The notes under the pieces are model-generated. The model saw only the letters and a list, made by a program, of their open reading frames with translations. It had not been told where the DNA came from and did not search any database. DNA of 64,000 bases, counting the filler, from Globobulimina sp. (Eukaryota): assembly GCA_003354225.1 (NCBI GenBank). It is 27 parts of 27 records of this genome, joined end to end, with 100 filler letters (N's around TTAATTAATTAA, not from the genome) between each part and the next. Parts side by side here need not be neighbours in the genome. Positions count along the whole stretch, not along the records: positions 23,755 to 26,028 come from PIVH01007730.1; positions 26,129 to 28,402 come from PIVH01007731.1; positions 28,503 to 30,776 come from PIVH01007732.1; positions 30,877 to 33,150 come from PIVH01007733.1; positions 33,251 to 35,524 come from PIVH01007734.1; positions 35,625 to 37,898 come from PIVH01007735.1; 21 more parts are not named here. One strand, given 5' to 3'. Below are positions 25,653 to 37,998 of the stretch, in pieces. Made by a program: the position numbers and the translations under genes. Position 1 is the first letter of the stretch. Each line of letters starts with the position of its first letter.

Positions 25653-25677
25653 TATCCACTAGTACCCTAATCCTCAT

Positions 25678-26028
25678 ATGGCAGTCATTTTTATGTTAGC
25701 AGTATTGGTGTGTATACTTAACATTCCACACGTATCATCAGATTGTTTGGGTGAATTTCAACAATGCACCTCTGGAGAATGTGCCAATTCACCAAACGAT
25801 TGTGGCAAATATTGTACCTCCTCCCCAAGGGACAAATACGTGTGTCCTATCAGCAAACATTGTGTCAATTCTGTCTCCGACTATCCCTCTTGTCCAGGCA
25901 TTCCAGGCACGCATTTAGATACATCCTTAACACTCGATCAACGCTTAGATTTCTTAGTCGCCAATCTAACTTTAAACGAAAAATATCCCCAATTAACCAA
26001 CAAGGGACCTGAAATATTACGGTTAGGC
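25678..26028 (+). CDS. Secreted glycoside hydrolase family 3 (beta-xylosidase-like), N-terminal fragment with Cys-rich leader
   Basis: Signal peptide, Cys-rich segment, then DTSLTLDQRLDFLVANLTLNEK..QL....I.RLG, the typical GH3 start. Confidence 0.7.
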
Positions 26029-26145
26029 NNNNNNNNNNNNNNNNNNNNNNNNNNNNNNNNNNNNNNNNNNNNTTAATTAATTAANNNNNNNNNNNNNNNN
26101 NNNNNNNNNNNNNNNNNNNNNNNNNNNNTCGAATTATCGATTTCA

Positions 26146-27159
26146 ATGAATAACTCGCTCACAATTTTGAATGAAATCTATGAGTTTACTTATCGAGAGG
26201 TGACCGCCGGGAAACTCCCACTCAAATCCTTATCGTTTCGATTAATCCGTGACATTGTTGCTTTATTTAGCTATCAAGAGAAACGAGTGAATAATATCAA
26301 TAAAAAGCAGGCCCAAAAACAAACACAAAAACAAGCCTCGCTAATTGGTGCACTAAATGTGTCAAATAGGTTAAATTTAAAAGGCCGCAGCACCGAAGAT
26401 AATGGCAATGATGAATTGGATGAATTATATAATAAAATATTGGATGAAAATGAGTTCAAATTACGCAAATTATGTATGAAAATTGTGAATGAGTTATCCT
26501 CCAAAGTATGTTTTGAGCGGTTAGTGTTTCCAGGACAAGTAAGTAAAATACATTGGAATGAGATAAATCGGTTGCAAACCTTACGTAATTTGCATATTAT
26601 GATTGAACCAAATGATATGATGCAAGGTTTGGATGAATTGTGTACGCAGTGCGGCCATACATTAACAAATTTAAAATTAACAGTTTATAATATATCCTCG
26701 CAATATGACCAAGATTTGTTATATCATTTAAATAAAAATTTGAAAGAATGCACAAAATTAAGACATGTTCGATTGGTAATTGGTCATAATATTAATGATA
26801 TTGGTAAAGTATCCATTGATTCATTTTGTTCGTTTATGATTCAACATTCCTCCACCTTAAGCACCATTGAATTGCATTGTTATTATCTCACATTTGATTT
26901 TAACAAATTAAAACAAGACCAATCGGATAAGATTGGCGTTTCTGCCGCGGCTTCAAAGTTCTATATTCCTGACGTCAACCAAGAGCTACAGGAAAGATTG
27001 GAGGATTTATTCTTTTCTTGCAATCATTTAAAAAGAATACGTATTCAACACGTCACTTCACATAGAAAATTTGTAGCTGTACAACGTTTATTCCATGGTA
27101 TACCACACAGCGTTGGTATTGAAAAGTTAGATCAGTTTCATGAAAATCAGTTTTTGTAA
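26146..27159 (+). CDS. Hypothetical protein with LRR-like C-terminus, probably 5'-partial
   Basis: Repeated LxxLxL (LRNLHI, LTNLKL, LRHVRL, LSTIEL, LKRIRI). Confidence 0.5.
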   Translation: MNNSLTILNEIYEFTYREVTAGKLPLKSLSFRLIRDIVALFSYQEKRVNNINKKQAQKQTQKQASLIGALNVSNRLNLKGRSTEDNGNDELDELYNKILDENEFKLRKLCMKIVNELSSKVCFERLVFPGQVSKIHWNEINRLQTLRNLHIMIEPNDMMQGLDELCTQCGHTLTNLKLTVYNISSQYDQDLLYHLNKNLKECTKLRHVRLVIGHNINDIGKVSIDSFCSFMIQHSSTLSTIELHCYYLTFDFNKLKQDQSDKIGVSAAASKFYIPDVNQELQERLEDLFFSCNHLKRIRIQHVTSHRKFVAVQRLFHGIPHSVGIEKLDQFHENQFL

Positions 27160-27316
27160 AAAAAATGTTTTTTTTTTCTTTTTTGTGTTGCTTTCAGTTT
27201 ATTTATTATAATTTTTTGTTGTTTAATATAAATGTTTTCAATTTGTTTTTGTGGATGCTTCGGACTTTTGCTTAGGACACGTTCCTTAAAACTTGCTTAA
27301 CGACTTCTTTTAAGCC

Positions 27317-28402
27317 ATGGGCAACAAGCACAGCTCCCGGAAAATAGCAAACAAGAAAGAATTTGTAAATTCAAATGATTTAGCAATGTATCAAAGTGTT
27401 GTTTATGGAAATAACCAATTACTGCGCCAAAACATAATGGATGGTGAACCATGTAACCGTAAATATTCAAAATGTACATCTGTATTAAATATAAAATGTG
27501 TATTAGAAGAATACAGTAAAATTATCAATGATAACTCTGAATCAACGGAATATGAATTATCAAATACAATCAACGAATTAATCAATAACAAACTATTTGA
27601 GACATCATATTCCACTCTGAAATTATTAAATGATTTTTGTCATTTAAAATATAATCATAACACGTTAGACAGCACCATTGAGTTTACTTTATGCCATCAA
27701 TTCATTACAAACAATATTCCAAATGCCTGTGATATTGAATATTGTAAAGGATTTAAAAGATATTGGAGAGATCGCGAGAAAAGCATGGATGAAGAGGCAG
27801 TAAATAATGTATATAGTTATAATTTAATCAGCAGAATACATTCATTCTTTATTCATTCATTTCAGACTCACATGTTGACGCAAGATGAAATTACTAAAAT
27901 TGATCAAAAGTTAACTGATTTTAAAGAAAATGACTCTGATGATCTCGATCAAAAGAAATCTGAATTAATGTCTCAAGTATTAACAAAAAAGAAAAGTGCA
28001 TTGAATGACCATCATTGTAAATTTTTCACATCCGATAACTCGACACCTTTGGATTATGATCTTATCGCACAACTACTTAACGAGCATGGTGTTGGTGTAT
28101 CCATTGTGAAGCAACAACTGCAACATGTATTTGCTGAATATAGTTATAACAAAGAACAATTAGTAAATGATGTATGCAATGCACTGGGCAATAGTACTGA
28201 TGACAGCGTATTCACTCAAATATTATCAAACCAATTAGATTGTAAACAATATAAACAAATCCAAAAAATATACGATGCAATTTTGTATCAATATATCCGT
28301 CCAAATGATTTAGAAAATGATAATTTTACAAAGGTATTGGTGTATACTGCATCGGTATTATATCCTGGATTTATTGCTGCAGAAATTGAAGCAATTTCAA
28401 AG
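27317..28402 (+). CDS. Hypothetical protein, 3'-partial
   Basis: Long ORF from MGN (possible myristoylation); LLNDFxHL..H, CxxxxC...R..R and IHSFFIHS motifs; no named family recognised. Confidence 0.55.
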
Positions 28403-28502
28403 NNNNNNNNNNNNNNNNNNNNNNNNNNNNNNNNNNNNNNNNNNNNTTAATTAATTAANNNNNNNNNNNNNNNNNNNNNNNNNNNNNNNNNNNNNNNNNN
28501 NN

Positions 28503-29381
28503 GATCATGCTGGTATTTACCAAATATATTAAACGTTTCTATAAATTCCCACTGCACAAAAACATAAATATATTAAAGGGCTTTCTCAACCACAGGAAAT
28601 ATTGAAGGGCAGTGGTTTCTTAACGGTTCACATCCATTGACCGGATTAAGTGAAGAGTTTATCAGTGATTGTGACCCAACCGATTGTGGTGTTAAGTGTT
28701 TCTATAATTATGCATCATACCTATTGAACAAACAAAATATAATTCAGATGTTTGGTGGTTGGCCATATTTAGCCATGAATTATATAATATCGCGGCAAGG
28801 TATACCATCGGAGAAAGATTATCCATATTGTTGCGACTGTACACTTTATGGACCCAATTGCTATCCATGTATGGCGACCGGATATAATAAAACAATGTGC
28901 GGGAATCATGATGATTTATCTTGTAATAAAACATGGAATGCTGATCACTGCCCATCGTCTCAATGGACGCCAGCAGCGGTTATAAAAGATTGGATGTCGA
29001 TATCTCCGCATGAAGGAGATATGGCAGTGGCTTTATATAATTTGGGACCTTTATCAATTTTAATGAATGCAGAACAATTAAATAGATACCGATCTGGTAT
29101 TTATGATCCGCGAGCTTGTGATCCAAAGGATTTAGATCATGGCGTATTGCTTGTTGGCTATGGTCTGGATAATGGCACTGCATACTGGACAGTTAAAAAT
29201 TCGTGGGGTATGTGTTAAGTTGTATGCTTCTTTGTTTTTTTTGTTACAGTTGTTTTTGTGCAATTGTTTAGGAGAGAAATGGGGCGAGGATGGATATTTT
29301 CGCATTGTTCGTGGTGTTGGTAAATGTGGTGTAAATACCGCTGTTATCACTGGGTGTCTTGGTAAATGCGAAACAAATTAA
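28503..29381 (+). CDS. Papain-family (C1A) cysteine protease, cathepsin F/L-like, 5'-partial (introns 28513-28578, 28691-28747, 29208-29271)
   Basis: Spliced product gives GSCWAFSTTGNIEGQW (catalytic Cys), DHGVLLVGYG (His) and [20 protein letters not shown] (Asn). Confidence 0.95.
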
Positions 29382-29494
29382 TAACTCTTGTATCAATAAC
29401 TAAGATTGAAAACAGCTTAAATAAATCTTTCTGTTCCAGTTGACATGATTTATTTAAGCTGTTTTCAATCTAACAAACTTCAAACTTTATATAA

Positions 29495-30469
29495 TTAAAA
29501 TCTGAGATCATCGATTCCAAAACTTTCTAGAATTATATCATTAACAAAGGCACTCCAATGCCCATCATTATCAATATCAAATATATGTACAATTTCCGAG
29601 CTTGCAAATGTCACTATCAAATTGATTAAATCAAGTGATAAATATTTCATATTCCTCCGAATATATCCATGCGTAATTACATTAGTTCTATCTTCATCAT
29701 TTCGAACCATTGCTTTAAATCTGCCTCGAACCGGGCATTTAATCGTACTCTTTGTCAATGTTTTCGTTTTTATATCAATGATATGAATATCGTCACAATC
29801 CGGATCACCACCAAATATCAATACTAATTGTCCTTTATGTACAGCAACGGCTCCTGCACAATATCCTGGCAGCAATATTGGCCATTTGGTTAACGTTTTT
29901 GTCGGTAAACAATATAAATAAACCGAAGAATGCGACCCATCGATTATTAATACTGATTTCTGCGATGAAACATAAATATTTGCGTGATATTTGAGCGATT
30001 CCATCTCTTTGAATTTATAAATGTGTTTAAGTGTTTTCTGCTGTGAGTTCCAAATCCAATGTGATTTATCATCACGATCCCAACCACCAAATATATGAAA
30101 TTGTTCATCGATTACAAGTGATCCAATATGGGAACCATCATGGTAGTGATCTGCTGATTTTACGAATGTTTGGTTGCTTAGATCCACCTCAATCACTGTT
30201 CCTTCCTCATTGAAAATGTATAATATTGTTCCGTCATTGTTAATAGATGCTGTATGGAATTGAGATATTATATTTGATGGATATTTGAACCATTTGCTCC
30301 ATTTATCACTAATCACATTGTATTTGTATAGTGAATCTGAATCAGATGTGTAAGGTGCAAATATTAGCTCCTTCTGATTAAATGCAATTGGAGCAGAACC
30401 ATTTGCTTTTGCAGGCCACTGATTCAGTGGTTTCCAATACATATTGCCGTTGGCGTTGATATGTGACAT
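29495..30469 (-). CDS. Kelch-like beta-propeller protein
   Basis: Repeats HIFGG, LIFGG, LYKYN...KW; C-terminal THGYIRR...DLINLIVTF. Confidence 0.75.
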   Translation of the reverse strand: MSHINANGNMYWKPLNQWPAKANGSAPIAFNQKELIFAPYTSDSDSLYKYNVISDKWSKWFKYPSNIISQFHTASINNDGTILYIFNEEGTVIEVDLSNQTFVKSADHYHDGSHIGSLVIDEQFHIFGGWDRDDKSHWIWNSQQKTLKHIYKFKEMESLKYHANIYVSSQKSVLIIDGSHSSVYLYCLPTKTLTKWPILLPGYCAGAVAVHKGQLVLIFGGDPDCDDIHIIDIKTKTLTKSTIKCPVRGRFKAMVRNDEDRTNVITHGYIRRNMKYLSLDLINLIVTFASSEIVHIFDIDNDGHWSAFVNDIILESFGIDDLRF

Positions 30470-31288
30470 TCTTTCAATTCCGAAGGGGCTCTCCTCTTAA
30501 CATGCACTAGTAAGAAAACTTTGTTATGATCCAATGTCGCAGGTATATTGGAGACAAATAACACATAATGAAACTGTAGCAAATATATACATTCAAAAGT
30601 GTTAAAACACATATTCTGGCGATTATAAATCATGTTGAAAATATTTGTTCATTGGCGTAAATATGGTATCCATCACAAATTGAAATACTTGAAATCTTTG
30701 CGTTGGAAGCTTCTCACTTTCTTCTTTATTATTTCCATCCTGCATTTTCTTACTTTTTTTGCCTTTCCTGTGTTTTNNNNNNNNNNNNNNNNNNNNNNNN
30801 NNNNNNNNNNNNNNNNNNNNTTAATTAATTAANNNNNNNNNNNNNNNNNNNNNNNNNNNNNNNNNNNNNNNNNNNNTTGGTCTATTTCAGGTTATGTGCA
30901 AAACAAACTATATTCTTATTAATTGTTTGAATTTGAAAATATACAGAAACTTAATATAATCTGAATTGGTCAACATTTGAATACGTCAAGCAAGCTGTAG
31001 AAAATAAATAATTATAAAAACAAAAATAAATTAAATTAAGTAGTTTTTGTCATCTTGTTCGTCTGTTCAGTTCGCAGTAAGTTTTTCTCATCTTTAGCAT
31101 GGCAGCCAACAAACAAAAAGGTATTTTGTAAAACATTTTAGCGTTTAACATTTATTAATATTCAGGAAACACCACAATCGTGTGAGAATCATGCCGTATT
31201 TCGACAGGCAGACGGCACCAATTGAAAGAGGCTTTTGCTGCAGTACACTGACACTCACTGTCTGTGATATTTGTAATAATAATGTTAG

Positions 31289-32643
31289 GCGACAAGCAAG
31301 AGACGGCGGTGTCCATCGGGAGGCAGTCGCTGATGATCGACAGCAATATGCTCGACTCGGACTTGATGTACTTAGTGGGGCGGCGGCCTCCGAACTTGAA
31401 AGACATTGCCGGCCTCGAGAAGCAAATGCGGCGCATCGACAAGAAAGTGAGCAACTTCATGGCGCAAATCGAGGAGCAGCACTCTGGCGATCGCGACAAT
31501 GCCTTGCGGGTTTGGCCGGCGCTCATCTTAAACGGCGACGCCTTGGAAATGTGCCTGTCGTCGCAGAGCATCCTGGAGAAGTTCGTGGTGCTCTTCTCGT
31601 ACTGCTCCACCATTATCTGTAATCGGTGCGCGCCGTCGCAGAAAGCGATGCTAGTCTGGATGGCCAAGAACAAGTTGGACGGCGTGGCCTTGGCCATCGG
31701 CGACGGCGCCAACGATGTGTCGATGATCCAGGCGTCCAATGTCGGCGTCGGCCTGATGGGCAAGGAAGGCACTCAGGCTTCGCTGGCGGCGGATTTCGTG
31801 ATCCACAGATTCAAGCACCTGATCCGTTTGCTGTTCGTGCACGGCCGGTACGCTTTTTTGCGCACTGCGCAGGTTTCCCTGCTGTCGCTCTACAAAAACA
31901 TGGCGTTTATGCTGACCATCTGCTACTACGGAGCGTATTCGCTGTACACCGCGCAGTCGTGTTTCGACCCGTATTTGATGTCTGCCTTCAATCTGCTGTT
32001 CGTGGCGCTGTTTCCTTTGGTAGTGGGCGCCTTTGAGCAGGACATCAATGCAAAGACTTGCTTGTGGCACCCCGCCGCCTATTACTTCTTCAAAAGCAAC
32101 TCCTTCTTCACCATCAAGTACTTTTTGTTCTGGATGTTCACGGCGGCGTGGCAGTCGCTTGTCTGGTTCTCCATCGCCATTCTCGTCTACAATGACAATT
32201 TGGATCTGTGGCAGTCGGGCGGCCATAGCAAGAATGGCGGTTTGTATGTGTTTGGGACGCAGATATTTACGACCAATGTGATTGTGATTTGCGCCAAGAT
32301 GATGATGGAGACTTATCATTGGAACTGGACCTATTATGCGTCGACGATGGGCGGCATTGCCATTTATATCATTGCGTTGGCGGTGTTGTCGAATTGGCTG
32401 TATTTGGACTCGGATATGTTTAATGTGATGCAATTTACCTTGAACTGCAGCATGACGTGGCTCATTTTGATTATTCAGTGTGTCCTGTGTTTGTTTCCTG
32501 GCATTTTGTACAATTTGTGGAAGCGCGAAAGATTCGCAAATTTGTCCACGGTGCTGTATGAAGCGCAAAAATTCGGATATCTCACCAAAAATGGCATTCC
32601 GAGAGCCACAAACGACATAATTGAGGATTATTTGACGAGATGA
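31289..32643 (+). CDS. P4-type ATPase (phospholipid flippase), C-terminal exon
   Basis: GDKQETA follows an AG acceptor; RCAPSQKA, LAIGDGANDVSMIQ, LLFVHGR, YKN; TM helices. Confidence 0.95.
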
Positions 32644-33499
32644 GATAATTTTGTTTGTTTTTCTTTCTTTGTTTGTTGCATGTTTCTTATGATTCTGAAT
32701 AAATATATAAATAAATGGTCCCTTTTTTTGCGTGTTGCGTATTTAGATTTTTGTCAGTCAATCAGTTTGAATCTCTCATTGCATTCAAATTTTATTATTC
32801 ATCAATTATTTGTCATTGCAGTGTAAAACAAGACCATTATGGATATTCTAGTTGCTCTTTCAGAAAAAAAAAATTGATTCTTTAAAGTTTTTGAAGAAGT
32901 GGAACATAAAAAAACTTGTGTTTCTATTTTTCATTTATAAAGTTTTGAAGAGAAGATTTTATATTACTATTTTCGAAACGGTGTGGTATTTTTTTTTTGC
33001 AAATAATGCAAATTTACCAATTTTGATGTGATGCAAATAATACTCATCGCCACCACAGTAATATCCCAATATGGATAAATTGCCAAGAATGGTACAAGAA
33101 ACACACATAGACACAAAAACAAAAGTGCACTTTTTATTAATGTTTCGGACNNNNNNNNNNNNNNNNNNNNNNNNNNNNNNNNNNNNNNNNNNNNTTAATT
33201 AATTAANNNNNNNNNNNNNNNNNNNNNNNNNNNNNNNNNNNNNNNNNNNNTATCATACATTTGGCACCGAGCAGTGCTCAAAACTTAGTTCAAAACATCA
33301 AGTTCTCAAAGCACTAGTCCGATCATCATGGTTCTTTTTTCTGGTTTCAACCATACATCAACAGTATGTCACGGATCCATGTTCCATAATTAAAGAAATC
33401 CCACTGAAGCATGGCAAGTGAATTAATTTTTAAACTCTAAAAAACAATGATTGTTGTGCCTATTTTTAGAGGTAGATGCCCTCGACAATGGAATTATGA

Positions 33500-33877
33500 T
33501 TGTTATTGCAAGAGGAATATTATCGCGATGTGATACAAGAAAACGGCACCATCCAAAGAGAATTGGCGACACGCGAAGCATTTTGCTTTTGCCATTCAAT
33601 GTTTATTTCACTGTGCTTATTGCTTATAATAACTATATCTGCATTGATGTTTTTCAGCAATTTCTCAATTGTTAGTTTGATTGTATTGTCTGTGACATCT
33701 GTTTTCTTTATTTATTTAAGTATTGGATGGTTGAAATATCGACAATTTTTATTATTTTGGTTATGTAAATGTGTAAAAGAAAGAAATGAAACCATAATAA
33801 TCAATTTATTCGATTTCAATCACAAAATGATCATGAATTACTATCAAATCAAGTTAATTCTGAAAATTGCGAAATAG
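33500..33877 (+). CDS. Hypothetical two-TM protein (exon)
   Basis: 125-aa ORF with two hydrophobic helices. Confidence 0.3.
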   Translation: MLLQEEYYRDVIQENGTIQRELATREAFCFCHSMFISLCLLLIITISALMFFSNFSIVSLIVLSVTSVFFIYLSIGWLKYRQFLLFWLCKCVKERNETIIINLFDFNHKMIMNYYQIKLILKIAK

Positions 33878-34132
33878 CAACGAAGTGTGTTCATGTTCAT
33901 GATGGGATCAAATTATTGATGAAGGAGTTGAAAGGACAGAAGAGGGTGGAAATAATGTATAATGGCTGTGTTGTTTGTGTGTGTTTGTATATTCAAACAA
34001 ATTCAAATTAGTTTGCAATCTGTTTTTCCGTTTCAGACAAATTTAGTTTGTAATAATTGTTTTCGTTTCTGTTTGTATATGTTTTTAACTCAAAAACAAC
34101 TCTCACCTCGTGAAAATCTGAAAGTCATAGGC

Positions 34133-35524
34133 ATGGAACTTCCAACAATTAAAGAATTTAAAGGTGTACTCTCAAATAAAAATATTTGGTATAGAGTCGG
34201 TGCTGTTATTGCTTCTTTTGGAGCAGCATTAACAATGAGAAAAGTATTGGATGTGGTATGGCGAAAAGTGCATAATTATCCACCAGGTACTGCATATTAT
34301 ATGGCAAGAAATTTCCATATTATGTTTGTCCATATTATGTTTGTCCATATTATGTTTGTACGTGTTTTAATTTTATTTTGAAAACAGGACCTGTCGGAAT
34401 ACCAATACTTGGTTCATTATCAGAGATTTATTATTATTCAAACGTATTATCACTGACAAATAGTTATGGCAGTGTAGTTATGGTTTATTTTGGTTTCAGG
34501 AAATTAGTGTTTATAAATGATATAAAATTAACTAAAAAATTTTTCAATTCTGCTGAAGGTGCTAAACGTGACAATTATCAGTTTGTGAAACATATCAGTA
34601 ATATTGCTGAAGTATATGGAAAAGAATACAAAATTCGACGGCAATTATTACACAAATCATTAACTACTGTTTTGGATTCCAATTATTTAAATAATGTCGG
34701 CATCAAAATATTGACTGGAAATCTATTTCAAACATTGGATAAAGCCGCCATGGATGACACCTCTGTTAATTTACGACGAGAATTAAAATATGCTGTATTT
34801 GCCCTATTATTTTCCACTATTTTTGGGGATTATTTACAAATTCCATTACAAGGCAGTGAAACATATAAATCATTCACAAAACATTTGGATGCCGCATTTC
34901 AAGATTTTAGTCGATTAGACATTGACAAAGAAATATTTAAAGGTTTTCCAGGGTGGGATAATTTTGTTAGACATTATCGAAGAAAAGTTAATTATACGAA
35001 TTGGTGCCAAATACAAACGCTTGTCGATAAATGGGTTGATGCAACATTAGAAATAAAAAATAATTCGGATACGGTTAAAGGTGCATCTATCAATAAAATG
35101 ATTGATGCCTTTGCAAAAGGTACAATATCTGAAAGTGCCTTGAAATCAGATGCCATGTCCATATTGATTGGAGGTATTGTTGTACTTTTTATATTTTTGT
35201 ATTTTGCTACATACTGTAGAATAATAACAGGTATTCATACAACATCAATGTTTATGGGGATTGCGCTCGTATTCTTAGCAAAAGATCAAAATATGCAAGA
35301 ATTAGTGTATAAAGAATTAAAAACGTTTCAAGCTAAACATGGACAGTTTGTATTAAAGCATGCTGCGGAATTTCCATTACTGAGAGCTTTATTACATGAA
35401 ACATTGCGGTTTGCGTCTATTAATCCAATGAGTGGGCTCCCGCGGGTTGTTCATGACGATAATGTTAAAATTGGTGGATATTCAATTCCTCGCAATACCA
35501 TTGTTCGCGCATTTTCTGCGAATT
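34133..35524 (+). CDS. Cytochrome P450, 3'-partial (introns 34287-34387, 35174-35230)
   Basis: Spliced YPPGPVGIPILG hinge, I-helix LIGGIHTT, K-helix ETLR, GYSIPRNT; the haem Cys lies beyond the contig. Confidence 0.92.
34315..34359. repeat. Three perfect 15-bp tandem repeats (CCATATTATGTTTGT) in P450 intron 1
   Basis: Directly visible. Confidence 0.95.
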
Positions 35525-35659
35525 NNNNNNNNNNNNNNNNNNNNNNNNNNNNNNNNNNNNNNNNNNNNTTAATTAATTAANNNNNNNNNNNNNNNNNNNN
35601 NNNNNNNNNNNNNNNNNNNNNNNNCAAATTAGAAATTAAATAATGTAATAAATGAGCTG

Positions 35660-36652
35660 TCAATATAATGTACGAGTTGTACTGTTTCTATGTTTATTGA
35701 AGGTTGTTATATTTTTGTTTTTTGTCGGATGTTGACAATATTTACTGATAAATGGATGCTTTGGTAAATCTTCCAATGCCAATCGTTTCGAAGGGTCTTT
35801 GTTCAACAATCTTTTAATTAAATCTCTGGCAAAATGAGAAACATGTCCTGGAAATACAAATTTTACGTTTTTAATTTTATCAAATGTAGATTGTTGTTTT
35901 TCCGATTCAAATGGTGGTGTACCGCATAAAAATTCATACATTAATACCCCCAAAGCCCACACATCTACGGTTGGATCGTGCTTTTTTTTTTCAATCATTT
36001 CAGGAGGAATATAATCCAAAGTGCCACACATTGTCATTCTTCTACTGTCGGGGGCATGTACTCCCCATCCGAAATCCGCTAATTTTATATTATTTTCATC
36101 ATCAAACAACAGATTCTCTGGCTTGATATCTCTGTGTATGACGTGCTTTGATTGACAATATAATAATGCCAGGGATAAATCATGTATATAACGAGCAGTT
36201 TGTTGTTCACTGAATCTTCCGCTATCTCTTAATTTGTTAAATACTTCTCCACCGCAACAATATTCCAATACCAAATATATTTTTTCTTTATCATGAAAAT
36301 GTGTAAACAATCTAATAATATGTTTGTGCCGTAAATATGCCAATATTTCGATTTCTCGGCGTAATTGGTGTTCAACATTGTGTTTTCTTAATTGAAATTT
36401 CCATAATACTTTTATTGCAACAATATATTTTGATTTCTTCTCTCGCGCCAGATACACTTTACCAAATTTACCGCGACCTAAACGTTTACCAATTTCAAAA
36501 TCCTCTAAAGACCATTCTTTGTGATCAATTTGAATTGGTGAAGATGATGCAGATCTTACAATTGATGAACGAGATGATGAGGATCCAGATGTTGTGGAGG
36601 ACCTTCCTGACATACAGTTACATAAAATACCACAGATGCCAAAGTTACTCAA
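35660..36652 (-). CDS. Aurora kinase
   Basis: WSLEDFEIGKRLGRGKFGKVYLAREK, EHQLRREIEI, HRDIKPENLL, DFGWGVHAP..RRMTMCGTLDYIPPE. Confidence 0.96.
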   Translation of the reverse strand: MSNFGICGILCNCMSGRSSTTSGSSSSRSSIVRSASSSPIQIDHKEWSLEDFEIGKRLGRGKFGKVYLAREKKSKYIVAIKVLWKFQLRKHNVEHQLRREIEILAYLRHKHIIRLFTHFHDKEKIYLVLEYCCGGEVFNKLRDSGRFSEQQTARYIHDLSLALLYCQSKHVIHRDIKPENLLFDDENNIKLADFGWGVHAPDSRRMTMCGTLDYIPPEMIEKKKHDPTVDVWALGVLMYEFLCGTPPFESEKQQSTFDKIKNVKFVFPGHVSHFARDLIKRLLNKDPSKRLALEDLPKHPFISKYCQHPTKNKNITTFNKHRNSTTRTLY

Positions 36653-36752
36653 TTTAAGAAAAACTTTTAATTTATGAATAAAGATAACTATTGAAACGAT
36701 TTTTTAAATATGCACAAATGACATTATTTTATGGCATTAATGGTTATAATTG

Positions 36753-37898
36753 TCAACATACAGGTGCGTTTACAGCTAATCCACCCAATGATGTTTCTTT
36801 ATATGTTCTATGCATATCATGACCAGTTTCCTTCATAGTCTTAATAACCGCATCCAATGAGACCATGTGAGTGCCATCACCATACAGAGCTAAACGCGCG
36901 GCATTGACAGCTCTTTTAGCACCCAACGCATTCCTCTCAATGCATGGTATTTCAACAAATCCGCCAATTGGATCACATGTTAATCCTAAACTATGTTCCA
37001 TTGCAATCTCTGCAGCATTTGTAACTTGCGATATATCCCCACCCATAACTTCACACAATGCTGCAGCCGCCATACTCGACGCAACACCAATTTCACCTTG
37101 ACAGCCTACCTCTGCTGCACTTAAACTTGCACCTTTTTTATATAACATTCCAATCGCTGCGCAGGTTAACAACATATCACAAATTCCTTTGTTGCTGGCT
37201 GATCTATGAAATGTTTCATAATATTTAATGACAGCCGGTATAACACCCGCTGCGCCATTGGTGGGCTGTCAACAAAATGTACATTTCAAGGGTTTATACT
37301 TTATATATGATTAATATTAATATGATTATACAAATTAAAAACATACGGCAGTAACAACTCGTCCGCCAGCCGCATTTTCTTCATTTACAGCCATTGCCCA
37401 GCAATATAGCCAATCGTCATAATGTAGGCCTGCAATGGCAAGCAGCGGATCATCATCATTCTGTAATTGAGTTAGTCGTTCGTACATATTGGCTGCTCTG
37501 CGCTTTATTTTTGTTTGTAACAAACCTTTGGTTTTAATGCCATTGCTTATTGACATATCCATTACATTCCATATTTTTAATAAATTCTCTCGTACAGTAT
37601 CTTGACAGCCTGCAGCTGACTTATTAATTGCAACCTCGTTCTTCATTGTAATCTGAGATATATTGCAATCGTGAGCTCGTGCAAAACGTAATAATTCTTC
37701 CGCACTGTCAAAGGCATACGGTGGTGATGCATCATATTCATTTAAATCTGGTGATTCTTGCATAACATATCGAAATGCATTATGTTCGTTTGGATTGCCA
37801 CGAATTACAAATCCGCCACCAACAGAATAATAATCTTCTTCCAGGATTACATCATTTAAATCATCGTAGGCAATGTATTTTATACCGTTTGGATGGAA
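36753..37898 (-). CDS. sdaA: Fe-S-dependent L-serine dehydratase (SdaA type), 5'-partial (intron 37266-37346)
   Basis: [70 protein letters not shown]. Confidence 0.95.
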
Positions 37899-37998
37899 NN
37901 NNNNNNNNNNNNNNNNNNNNNNNNNNNNNNNNNNNNNNNNNNTTAATTAATTAANNNNNNNNNNNNNNNNNNNNNNNNNNNNNNNNNNNNNNNNNNNN

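Noticed and set aside
31155-32568. Long antisense and alternate-frame ORFs over the P4-ATPase
   Set aside because: Shadows of GC-rich codon usage. The same applies to shadows over Rpt1, EFL1, the F-box gene and others.
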